A stretch of 64,000 bases of DNA from an uncultured Candidatus Saccharibacteria bacterium (GTDB lineage: Bacteria; Patescibacteriota; Minisyncoccia; JAHISW01; Tagabacteraceae), in the NCBI GenBank assembly GCA_964601305.1, contig CAZRMW010000004.1, positions 434-64,433 of the forward strand, written 5' to 3'. Below are positions 56,997-64,000 of the stretch, piece after piece (position 1 is the stretch's first letter; the number at the start of each line of letters is the position of its first letter). Under the pieces are notes generated by a model, which saw only the letters and a list, made by a program, of their open reading frames with translations, was not told the DNA's origin and searched no databases. The position numbers and the translations under genes were made by a program.

Positions 56997-57078
56997 TGAC
57001 TTTTTTTTTTGATTTGTTAGTATATAAGGACTAAACGTGGGGCGGATATTTCGTATGTCCGTCTCTTCTTTTGTCTGT

Positions 57079-57726
57079 CTATTTGAATTGTATATATTTT
57101 TTAAGCCTAGAAAAATCTCTAAACTTTCCACCAGCAAATTGCTTAATTTCTTTGGCAGTTCTAGAGCTTCTTGATAATATTATAATTTCTTTTTCCTCTT
57201 CTTTTAAGTATTTCAAAACTGGTAAAAAATCTCCATCTCCAGATAAAATAATAGCACGGTCAAAACTATCTTTTTCTTTCATTAAATAAAAAGCCATTTC
57301 TACATCGCAATTGGCTTTCTTTATGGTTTTTTCATTTTCTTGAGAATAGAGTTTTACAGGTTTTAATAAAAGTCTATAACCAAACTTTTTTAGTTTTGCA
57401 TAAAATTTAATGCGCTTAATATGTTGCTTGGCTTCGAGATTTTCTTTTTGAATTAGTTTGTCGAGGTATTTTTCTAATTTTTCTATTGGGATAGTCTCTT
57501 CTTTTAAATAATTATATTTAAAATTGTGTATTTCTGCACCACCAAAATAAAAAGCTTTGCTAACGCCATATTTATCTTCCAAATATTTTAGGAGTTTTTG
57601 ATAGTCTATTTTCCAGCCTAAACTTTTTTCTCCACCATAAAACAAATTGGAAGCGTCTATAAAAACATAAGTTGTCATTGATTTTATACTACAAGATTTT
57701 TCTAAATTTATCCAAATTTTATTCAT
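57079..57726 (-). CDS. NYN-domain (LabA/DUF88-like) predicted ribonuclease.
   Basis: VFIDASNLFYG...KANCDVEMAFYLMK...ILSGDGDFLPVLKYLKE. Confidence 0.55.
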   Translation of the reverse strand: MNKIWINLEKSCSIKSMTTYVFIDASNLFYGGEKSLGWKIDYQKLLKYLEDKYGVSKAFYFGGAEIHNFKYNYLKEETIPIEKLEKYLDKLIQKENLEAKQHIKRIKFYAKLKKFGYRLLLKPVKLYSQENEKTIKKANCDVEMAFYLMKEKDSFDRAIILSGDGDFLPVLKYLKEEEKEIIILSRSSRTAKEIKQFAGGKFRDFSRLKKYIQFK

Positions 57727-57961
57727 TTTTTATTTTTTATAAAAAGGTACAACTCTCGTGCTATAGCATAGGTGTTGTTCCTATTTACTTTTTTCTTAAG
57801 GTGTGGTAACTATAAATCAGTTAGTTTTTTGACAGCATCACATTGGCTAGAGTCGCGTTGTTTTTACAAAAAATTTTTTTTGCGAGAACAGGGCAGGTTG
57901 ATTGCTTAATTAACAGCAATTTTTTAACCAATCCCGCCGAGCGGGGCAAGGAGTAAACAAA

Positions 57962-58825
57962 ATGAGAACATTAAAAATTGATGATCCAGAAAAAAACAGT
58001 GTGAAAGAACAACAGAGTCGAGGATTTTTTGAGGATTTTTGTGTCTTTTGGAAGAGTAATGATAATTTATCTATAGCTCTTGTGTTTATAAGGGGTCTAT
58101 CAAAAGTCGGGCCTCTCAGTGAGTATCCTGGAGGGAGTGGCTCTATGTACGAGAAATTTGGGTGTTTACAACATGTGTTAAATACAAGTGGTTCTCATTC
58201 CCATGTTGTTAAAAATGGAATATATCGAGCTGTTTTAGAGACTTTTCTAGAATTAGATTCTAAATGGCCAGATAAAAAATATACGGTTTATACATCTTGT
58301 CGGTGCAAAATTTTAACTATTCTTTCTTCTTCAAATTTTCGCGAGTACACGATAGGTCTTGAGGGGAAAATAAAAAAGTTTATGCGGTCGTATCTCAATG
58401 CTGTAAAGAAAAAAGATATGGATGGGCACGATATTCTCCATGTTTTAATGAATTTCAGAATGTACAACGAGATGGAGACTTATGGCTTTACAAAAACTCA
58501 TCATCTTGCTTATTTGTGGGACCATGCTTTTTGGGGTTCTGTAGGGTATAAAAAGGAGTCTCACGACTCTAAATTTAACGGCGGGCTTGCTTGGAATTTG
58601 TTTGAAGTAAAAGATGGAGAAAGATATCTTGCAAATTTTTATGATAGAAAAATAGGGGAGGCATTTATAAAAATGCTTTTTACTCCATCTGAAAAAGTAA
58701 AAAATCCCAGAAGCTTGGAATTTATCCGCAAAGTAATGATCAATAAAGGAATCATTCACAATATTTTCAGGTTGGGTGATACTGATATTAAGGAGTTTCT
58801 TGAAGACAAAAGTTTTGCAGACTAA
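57962..58825 (+). CDS. Hypothetical protein of 287 aa. It is immediately preceded by the GC palindrome CCCGCCGAGCGGGG and an RBS.
   Basis: Long ORF with a protein-like composition and a GGAG RBS. No recognised domain. Confidence 0.45.
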   Translation: MRTLKIDDPEKNSVKEQQSRGFFEDFCVFWKSNDNLSIALVFIRGLSKVGPLSEYPGGSGSMYEKFGCLQHVLNTSGSHSHVVKNGIYRAVLETFLELDSKWPDKKYTVYTSCRCKILTILSSSNFREYTIGLEGKIKKFMRSYLNAVKKKDMDGHDILHVLMNFRMYNEMETYGFTKTHHLAYLWDHAFWGSVGYKKESHDSKFNGGLAWNLFEVKDGERYLANFYDRKIGEAFIKMLFTPSEKVKNPRSLEFIRKVMINKGIIHNIFRLGDTDIKEFLEDKSFAD

Positions 58826-58852
58826 ATGATATGTAGTCGGTTAAACAACATT

Positions 58853-58888
58853 GCCCTGCGAGCATTGCGCTCCGCAGGGCGTTTTTTG
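58853..58888 (+). terminator. Intrinsic terminator GCCCTGCG-AGCATTGCGCTC-CGCAGGGC followed by TTTTTT. Copy 1 of a duplicated terminator.
   Basis: The copy at 60648-60684 has an identical stem-loop sequence. Confidence 0.7.
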
Positions 58889-58973
58889 ACTTTAAAACCT
58901 AATGATTGAAGTTGGACTTCAATCATAAACCAGTCAAACCACCTAAATCTAGGGCTAGATTTAGGTGGTTCCA

Positions 58974-59019
58974 AAAACCTACTCTAAGCGGTGCTATCGC
59001 CCCAGTTAGGGTAGGTTTT
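58974..59019. repeat. R1 hairpin module, copy 3 (AAAACCTACTCTAAG...TTAGGGTAGGTTTT). It is preceded by two further perfect hairpins at 58901-58926 and 58937-58966.
   Basis: ATGATTGAAGT-TGG-ACTTCAATCAT and CCACCTAAATCTAG-GG-CTAGATTTAGGTGG. Confidence 0.7.
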
Positions 59020-59100
59020 ATTTTTCTTGACAGGAGTGTTTTTGTTGTGTTAATTTTTGTGTAGGTTTAAGTGATTTTGAAAATTGAATAAAAACTAACA
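59020..59100 (+). promoter_or_regulatory. Duplicated promoter/leader-like module, copy 1 (TTTTTCTTGACAGGAGTG...GTTAATTTTTGTGTAGGTTTAAGTGATTTTGAAAATTGAATAA).
   Basis: It is ~85% identical to 60808-60890. A TTGACA -35-like hexamer is present. Confidence 0.5.
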
Positions 59101-59198
59101 ATCAACCCAAACAGCCCGCCGCAAATTTATACCACGCCTGCAGAAGCTATGCTTCAGCATTGCGGGCAGGTATGCAGGCGGGCAAGAGCGAGGTAAAA

Positions 59199-60632
59199 AT
59201 GGAATTTACAGTAAGTACAGAGAGAAAATTTCCAAGCACGGTTCTTTTTGTTTCAAGCAGGGACGAGACATATACTTTTGCTAAAGATGTTGGTCATGGA
59301 GAAATTCAGATTGCTCTTGGAAAAGATTTTGAAAGAATTACTGAAGCAGAATTTGTAATGAAGTGCAGAGAAATTGTTTTGGAGGCGAGAAAGTTTAATA
59401 TAAAGTATCTTGATATAGATATCGAACATTTGCCCACGGCACTTAGTGGAAAAATTGCCTTAAGTAATTTAATCGAAATTTTGACGCTTAATCTTGTTTT
59501 GGCAGATTATGAGTTTAACAGGTACAAAAAAGAACCCAAAGATGGATGGAAAAATTTGAAGGAAGTAAATATTTTATCGAAAATGTTTGATTCGGATAGA
59601 TCGAAGGGCGTCCATAAAAAGATAATTGATAGACAAAAAATGATTGCCGAGGGGATTAATGCCTGTCGCGAGCTTTCAAACAGGCGTGGAAATGATGTAA
59701 ATCCAGGAGTATTTACGCAACATGTGTTAGACAACGTTCGTTGTCTGAAAATGAATCGTCCAGAGTATGAGCTAGATTTGAAAGTTTTTGAGGCAAAACA
59801 AATAGGAACAGGGGGTATGGGTGGAATTTTGGCTGTTGGAGGTGGCTCAGACAATGAACCCTATTTGTTGGTTTTAGAATACAATGGTGGTAAGTCAAAA
59901 GAAAAACCACTTGTTCTTGTAGGGAAAGGTGTAACTTTTGACTCTGGTGGTATCAATCTGAAATCTGATGGTGGCGAGGACATGCATTTGGATAAAACTG
60001 GTGCATGTGTGGCTCTTTATACAGTTTTGCTTGCTCAAAAACTGGGTTTAAAGAAAAACCTCGTGGCCGTAATTCCACTTGTGGAAAATATGCCGTCGGG
60101 AACATCGTACAAAAGGGGTGATGTGCTAACAATGTACGGCGGAAAAACTGTTGAGGTTGCAAATACTGATGCTGAAGGAAGACTTATCTTGGCAGATGCC
60201 ATTGCCTATGCTTGCGACAAGTTTGAGCCTTATGCGGTGATAGATATTGCCACGCTCACGGGCGCAGCGTGCGTAGCGCTTGGGAGCTATCGTACAGCAG
60301 TCTTTTCAAATGCCTCGGGAAGAGATATAAGGCTTGAGCTCAGTGGTTTAGGAGAGTTGGTTGCTGACCCTATGTGGCACATACCTCTAGATCCACAGTT
60401 TTCTAAAGAGATTAAGAGTGATGTGGCAGATATTAAAAATATTGGAGAAAAAATGGGCGGAGCGAGTAGCGCGGCAGCATTTTTGAAAGAGTTTGTTGAA
60501 AAAGATGTGCCGTGGATACATCTAGATGTTGCTCCCAGGATGAAGGCGCACAGTAGCGACAAACTTGTCGACAAAGGCTCTGTGGCACCGACAATGCTTG
60601 CCCTGATCAATATGATTTTGATAGCAGAGTAA
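59199..60632 (+). CDS. pepA: Leucyl aminopeptidase (M17 family). The start is at the MEFTV ATG, which follows a GAGG RBS.
   Basis: NTDAEGRLILADA is the M17 signature. VGKGVTFDSGG is the metal-site region. Confidence 0.8.
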   Translation: MEFTVSTERKFPSTVLFVSSRDETYTFAKDVGHGEIQIALGKDFERITEAEFVMKCREIVLEARKFNIKYLDIDIEHLPTALSGKIALSNLIEILTLNLVLADYEFNRYKKEPKDGWKNLKEVNILSKMFDSDRSKGVHKKIIDRQKMIAEGINACRELSNRRGNDVNPGVFTQHVLDNVRCLKMNRPEYELDLKVFEAKQIGTGGMGGILAVGGGSDNEPYLLVLEYNGGKSKEKPLVLVGKGVTFDSGGINLKSDGGEDMHLDKTGACVALYTVLLAQKLGLKKNLVAVIPLVENMPSGTSYKRGDVLTMYGGKTVEVANTDAEGRLILADAIAYACDKFEPYAVIDIATLTGAACVALGSYRTAVFSNASGRDIRLELSGLGELVADPMWHIPLDPQFSKEIKSDVADIKNIGEKMGGASSAAAFLKEFVEKDVPWIHLDVAPRMKAHSSDKLVDKGSVAPTMLALINMILIAE

Positions 60633-60647
60633 AAACAAAAAACAATA

Positions 60648-60684
60648 CCGCCCTGCGAGCATTGCGCTCCGCAGGGCGTTTTTT
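60648..60684 (+). terminator. Intrinsic terminator, copy 2 of the duplicated GCCCTGCGAGCATTGCGCTCCGCAGGGCGTTTTTT element.
   Basis: It is identical to the copy at 58853-58888. Confidence 0.7.
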
Positions 60685-60807
60685 ATGCCCCAAAACAGTT
60701 AATTCCATCAAATCTAGGGCCGTTTTGATAGAATTAGACCTTTTTTGCGGGATTTTACCCATATTTTCTGGAATATTTACATCGACATCCGATGTCGATG
60801 TAGACTA

Positions 60808-60890
60808 TTTTTCTTGACGAGGGTCTTTGGTTGTGTTAGTTTTTGTGTAGGTTTAAGTGATTTTGAAAACTGAATAACTAACAAAAAGAG
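60808..60890 (+). promoter_or_regulatory. Duplicated promoter/leader-like module, copy 2. It ends 8 nt before the ATG of the small ORF 60898.
   Basis: tttttcttgacgagggtctttggttgtgttagtttttgtgtaggtttaagtgattttgaaaactgaataa. Confidence 0.5.
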
Positions 60891-60897
60891 GCAAAAA

Positions 60898-61191
60898 ATG
60901 GATGCTTCGAGCGAACAAAAAGGCGATAAAAAAAATTTACAACACCCAACAAATGGAACAGTTCATGGGCAAGGTACTCCTTGGAGATTGTTTGGTCCGG
61001 CTTGTGGGGCAAAAAAAACTTCATTTTTGTCTCAGATAAATATTACTATTTCTAAGACAGGGATATTAATACAAAAAAAATTGTCGCCAAAATTTGTTGA
61101 AACAGAAAGAAAAATAAATTGTAAAAATTGTTTGAAAATATTTGAAAGAAGTTGTTTTTATAAAATTAAACAGAGAGGTTTTATATGTTAA
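60898..61191 (+). CDS. Small hypothetical Cys-containing protein of 97 aa.
   Basis: RBS aagagg. The ORF is translationally coupled to the next gene (the ATG overlaps the TAA). Confidence 0.35.
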   Translation: MDASSEQKGDKKNLQHPTNGTVHGQGTPWRLFGPACGAKKTSFLSQINITISKTGILIQKKLSPKFVETERKINCKNCLKIFERSCFYKIKQRGFIC

Positions 61192-61616
61192 AAAAATTTA
61201 GGTTTTGGTTGAGCAATCTTTTTTTTGAAAAGTTTTTGAAACGGGATCCAGTAAAAGATGTGGCAAAGAAAATTATTAAAGAAACAGATTTGTATAATGA
61301 AGAACATAATAGTCCTCGATGCCTTGGGATTACTTGTAATAATAAAGACGTTAGAGAGCAGCGAACTGGAAGCGAAGGCCTCTTTACTCAACCTCATAAA
61401 TATTGGGTATGTGTAGAATGTGGACACGTACAAGATAATAATGGAGCAAGCTACAAACGGGATTTTGAAGAATTAGACAAGAAAAGAATAATAAAAGATG
61501 GCGATACTTACAGGTATAGATTTTTTACAAATGAACAAATAGCTGGGATTTATGGTATTGGAACTGTTTTAATAGTTTTTTTAATATTTCTTTACTATAT
61601 TTTTAAAACTTTCTAA
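61185..61616 (+). CDS. Small hypothetical protein with zinc-ribbon-like CxxxxC...CxxC motifs and a C-terminal TM anchor.
   Basis: PRCLGITCNN...CVECGH, and C-terminal IAGIYGIGTVLIVFLIFLYYIF. Confidence 0.4.
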   Translation: MLKKFRFWLSNLFFEKFLKRDPVKDVAKKIIKETDLYNEEHNSPRCLGITCNNKDVREQRTGSEGLFTQPHKYWVCVECGHVQDNNGASYKRDFEELDKKRIIKDGDTYRYRFFTNEQIAGIYGIGTVLIVFLIFLYYIFKTF

Positions 61617-61639
61617 AATTTATCTCAAATTTAAAGGGC

Positions 61640-61672
61640 CCACGACTTTGCGTCGGGGTCTTTTGTTTTTTT
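61640..61672. terminator. Terminator hairpin between convergent genes (CCCACGAC-TTTG-CGTCGGGG plus a T-run).
   Basis: A GC stem followed by TCTTTTGTTTTTTTG. Confidence 0.5.
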
Positions 61673-61674
61673 GT

Positions 61675-62124
61675 TTATAGAGAAAAAAGGATCAAAGCTA
61701 AAATAGTTGTTAGGTAATACCCCCTTGGAAATGGTCCCCACCAGTTTTTGTGCCAAGGGATGTTTTTGGATTTAAATTTTGAAATACCAAAAGCTGGATT
61801 GAAAACAAACCATAAAAAATCTTCAACCATTAAAAAGAGCAAAAAACCTCCAACGATGGTTGTTTCTACAGAAATACTCCATTTTATTCCCCAAAACAGA
61901 GGTAAGTGGAAAAAGAAAAGCGTCAAAGCCCAGAGAGATAAATGGTATCCAGTGAGCTCTTTTTTATTTAGTAAAAAACATAAAATCCTTGAAGACAGTT
62001 TTTTTGGATTAGAGCGCCATGTGGGAAGATTTTTTGCCCAACCGCAAGGGCCTTCTATTTGTATTTCTAAAATAGCTAAAATAATGGCGGCAACAAAAAT
62101 AAAAATTAAAAATTGTATTAACAT
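61675..62124 (-). CDS. Hypothetical integral membrane protein, ~4 TM, Trp-rich.
   Basis: Its hydrophobic helix pattern is more convincing than the overlapping plus-strand ORF 61748..62131. Confidence 0.4.
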   Translation of the reverse strand: MLIQFLIFIFVAAIILAILEIQIEGPCGWAKNLPTWRSNPKKLSSRILCFLLNKKELTGYHLSLWALTLFFFHLPLFWGIKWSISVETTIVGGFLLFLMVEDFLWFVFNPAFGISKFKSKNIPWHKNWWGPFPRGYYLTTILALILFSL

Positions 62125-62146
62125 ATGTTAGAATTATAACAACAAT

Positions 62147-63394
62147 ATGAGAATTTTTAAGTGGATAATAATAGTTTTAATATTTTTGGCTTTGGTTTTT
62201 TCTTTGTTTCTTTTTGATGTACCTTTTTTGAGTAGGGCTCTAGATAATATCGCAGGTCCTTTTTTTGCACAAAAAATTACTACTGATGAATTGAGACATA
62301 AATACGATAGGGGCAAAATTAGTGTACTTGTAGTTCCTGGGCACGACAATATTTCTACAGGAGGGCAATACAAAAGACTTCAAGAAAACGATTTGAATAT
62401 AGAGCTAGCCCAGTATCTCCACGAGTATTTTTTAGAGGATGAAAATTTTTCAGTATTTAAAACGCGCGATAGGTGGGGGAATTATAACTCTTGGTTTTTA
62501 GAGTATTTGGAAAAAGAAGGAGAATCTGTAAGCAGATTTAGAGATAGTGTTAAAAAATATATGTCTTATGTGCTGGGGGAGGGGCTTGTGGAGCGCGCCG
62601 TGAAAGTTTTTCACAATCCAGCTGCAGATAACGTGTCTTTAAATCTGTATGCAATAAACAAATGGGCAAATGACAATAATATAGATATAGTTATTCACGT
62701 CCATTTTAATGATTATCCGACGAGGTATTATGGTTGGCCAGGTAAATATTCCGGTTTTTCTATTTATGTGCCTGAGAGTCAGCTCCCAAACTCTGAGGCT
62801 AGTATAGATTTGGCAAACAATATAAGGGGGAGGCTAGAAAAATATTTTGCAAAGAGCAATTTTCCTGGAGAGGCTGATACTGTTGTGGAAGATCAGCAGC
62901 TTATTGCGGTTGGTTCTAATGCGTCTAGAGATGGAGTATCCGTTCTTGTTGAATACGGCTATATTTATGAGCCACAAATTAGAAGTAATAGTCTTAGATC
63001 TACAACAATGAAAGAGATGGCTTTTCAGACCTTTTTGGGAACAAAAGATTTTTTTAGAAAAAATTTATCTGAGGGAGATTCCCGCCCGCCATCGCAAGAC
63101 TCAGGCGTTGCGGGCGCGGCGATCTCCAACAGAACTACTTTGTTGCCGTATAAATGGGAAAATGTTTTACAAAAAGGCATTAAAGATTCTTTAGACGTAT
63201 TGCATTTGCAGGCAGCTCTCCATGAAAGTGGTTTTTATCCTCCAAAAGGGAAAACTTTGTCTAACTGCCCAATGAGTGGAAATTTTGGAAATTGTACTTG
63301 GGAGGCGGTGTGTGAATTTCAGAAAAAATATGATTTGGGCTGCGTTGGCGTCGTAGGCCCAAATACACTTGAAAAGTTAAATGAGTTATATTAA
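62147..63394 (+). CDS. N-acetylmuramoyl-L-alanine amidase (Amidase_3-like) with a C-terminal peptidoglycan-binding domain.
   Basis: N-terminal TM. VVPGHDNISTGGQ...ELAQYL...IVIHVHFNDYP...GFSIYVP. The C-terminal LHLQAALHESGFYP...VGPNTLEKL is PG_binding_1-like. Confidence 0.6.
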   Translation: MRIFKWIIIVLIFLALVFSLFLFDVPFLSRALDNIAGPFFAQKITTDELRHKYDRGKISVLVVPGHDNISTGGQYKRLQENDLNIELAQYLHEYFLEDENFSVFKTRDRWGNYNSWFLEYLEKEGESVSRFRDSVKKYMSYVLGEGLVERAVKVFHNPAADNVSLNLYAINKWANDNNIDIVIHVHFNDYPTRYYGWPGKYSGFSIYVPESQLPNSEASIDLANNIRGRLEKYFAKSNFPGEADTVVEDQQLIAVGSNASRDGVSVLVEYGYIYEPQIRSNSLRSTTMKEMAFQTFLGTKDFFRKNLSEGDSRPPSQDSGVAGAAISNRTTLLPYKWENVLQKGIKDSLDVLHLQAALHESGFYPPKGKTLSNCPMSGNFGNCTWEAVCEFQKKYDLGCVGVVGPNTLEKLNELY

Positions 63395-63403
63395 TTTGCT
63401 TGA

Positions 63404-63710
63404 CTTTTTATTTTTATAGAATACAATTATTTGTACTAATAGATTATGTCTATTAGTTGTTTTTTGAGAACTGAATTAAGAGAAACACAATTTGTGCAAC
63501 AAATATTTTTTAACACATCATAATATCTTTTATTTTGTTCCGTTCTGATCTTACTCACGAATGAAGTGAGTGATTTGTAAGATCTGAACCCCGAGATAAA
63601 TTCTTAGAATTTATTTTTCGGGGTTCGTATTATTGCCACGAAAAATGAAATTATTTAAATAATTTCATCTCGTGGCTCTAATAAATACAATCACGATCCT
63701 CGTGAGTATT
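63404..63710 (+). promoter_or_regulatory. rRNA operon promoter and 16S leader. It contains several long hairpins that are likely processing stems.
   Basis: TTGACT-like box at ~63404. Hairpins GATCTTACTCAC...GTGAGTGATTTGTAAGATC, CCCCGAGATAAATTCT-TAG-AATTTATTTTTCGGGG and CCACGAAAAATGAAATTATT-TAA-ATAATTTCATCTCGTGG. Confidence 0.5.
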
Positions 63711-64000
63711 TATTGAGAGTTTGATCCTAGCTCAGGATGAACGCTGGCGACGTGGATAAGGCATGCAAGTCAAGGGGGTTTAATTTATTAAACAACCGGC
63801 AAACGGGGTAGTAACACGTAGGAATCTGCCCTAATCTCGGGAATAACCCATCGAAAGATGGACTAATACCCGATAGTCCCTTCGGGGTAAAGGTGCTCTT
63901 CGGAGTTTCCGGATTAGGATGAGCCTGCGGGCTATCAGCTTGTTGGTGGGGTAAAAGCCCACCAAGGCGATGACGGCTAGGGGAGGTGAGAGCCTGACCC
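63711..64000 (+). rRNA. rrs: 16S ribosomal RNA, 5' portion. It continues beyond the window end.
   Basis: The sequence begins TTGAGAGTTTGATCCTAGCTCAGGATGAACGCTGGCG, the universal 5' end and 27F site. GC rises downstream, and conserved helices such as ACACGTAGGAATCTGCC follow. Confidence 0.9.

Noticed and set aside
56997-57137. Longer dnaE ORF start at 57137.
   Set aside because: The first 47 codons do not look like DnaE and overlap the 3' end of the NYN gene. The PHP domain begins right after the internal Met at 56996.
61748-62131. Plus-strand ORF of 127 aa overlapping the minus-strand membrane-protein ORF 61675..62124, and the minus-strand ORF 62134..62373 inside the amidase gene.
   Set aside because: Their composition is Lys/Ser-rich and low-complexity, typical of antisense frames in AT-rich DNA. 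The opposite-strand proteins have coherent TM or amidase domain structure.

Overview
This is an AT-rich (~33-35% GC) bacterial chromosomal segment. The gene content points to a reduced-genome Patescibacteria/CPR-type organism, which I infer from several things together. Many housekeeping genes are short forms (pheS ~240 aa, thrS lacking the editing domain, EF-Ts 150 aa, RF1 lacking domain 1, compact rpoB). Two protein families normally found in rRNA intervening sequences are present (four-helix-bundle protein and GxxExxY protein). A 16S rRNA gene starts at ~63711 and runs off the window.

The window is mostly core informational machinery. It holds ribosomal proteins L25, L31, S2, L32 and S16; tsf, prfA, nusB, rnc, smc, khpA-like and trmD; rpoB-rpoC; dnaG, lepA, pheST, gyrB, thrS and dnaE; a tRNA-Thr; and an RNase P RNA on the minus strand. 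Interleaved with these are cell-envelope genes (MltB-like and SLT-LysM transglycosylases, MurJ, an O-antigen-ligase/TPR protein, an amidase with a peptidoglycan-binding domain, an FtsB-like protein), three type II toxin-antitoxin pairs with palindromic operators, a GNAT, and a GC-rich DUF336 gene that looks foreign.

Five things are unusual:
(1) lepA carries an in-frame ~0.5-kb insertion encoding a GxxExxY (IVS-type) domain bounded by ~30-bp inverted repeats. A free-standing four-helix-bundle IVS-type gene is likewise enclosed by inverted arrays of an AGTAACA heptamer, and a third array forms the 3' end of thrS.
(2) A ~590-nt GC-rich, ORF-free region sits between a perfect consensus promoter (51713-51740) and an intrinsic terminator (52286-52330). 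I could not assign it to RNase P, tmRNA, SRP or intron classes. A tRNA-like 3' module ending in CCA lies just upstream.
(3) A partial 5' duplicate of tRNA-Thr, interrupted by a 40-nt GC hairpin, flanks a GIY-YIG endonuclease gene next to the intact tRNA.
(4) Several families of short GC-rich palindromic mini-repeats and longer composite repeats are dispersed through the window, including inside coding sequences. Terminator and promoter-like modules are duplicated around pepA.
(5) There is a NusB-Nudix fusion, a domain-1-less RF1, and a giant repeat protein with a phage tail-fibre S74 chaperone domain.

No CRISPR array or canonical transposase was seen.
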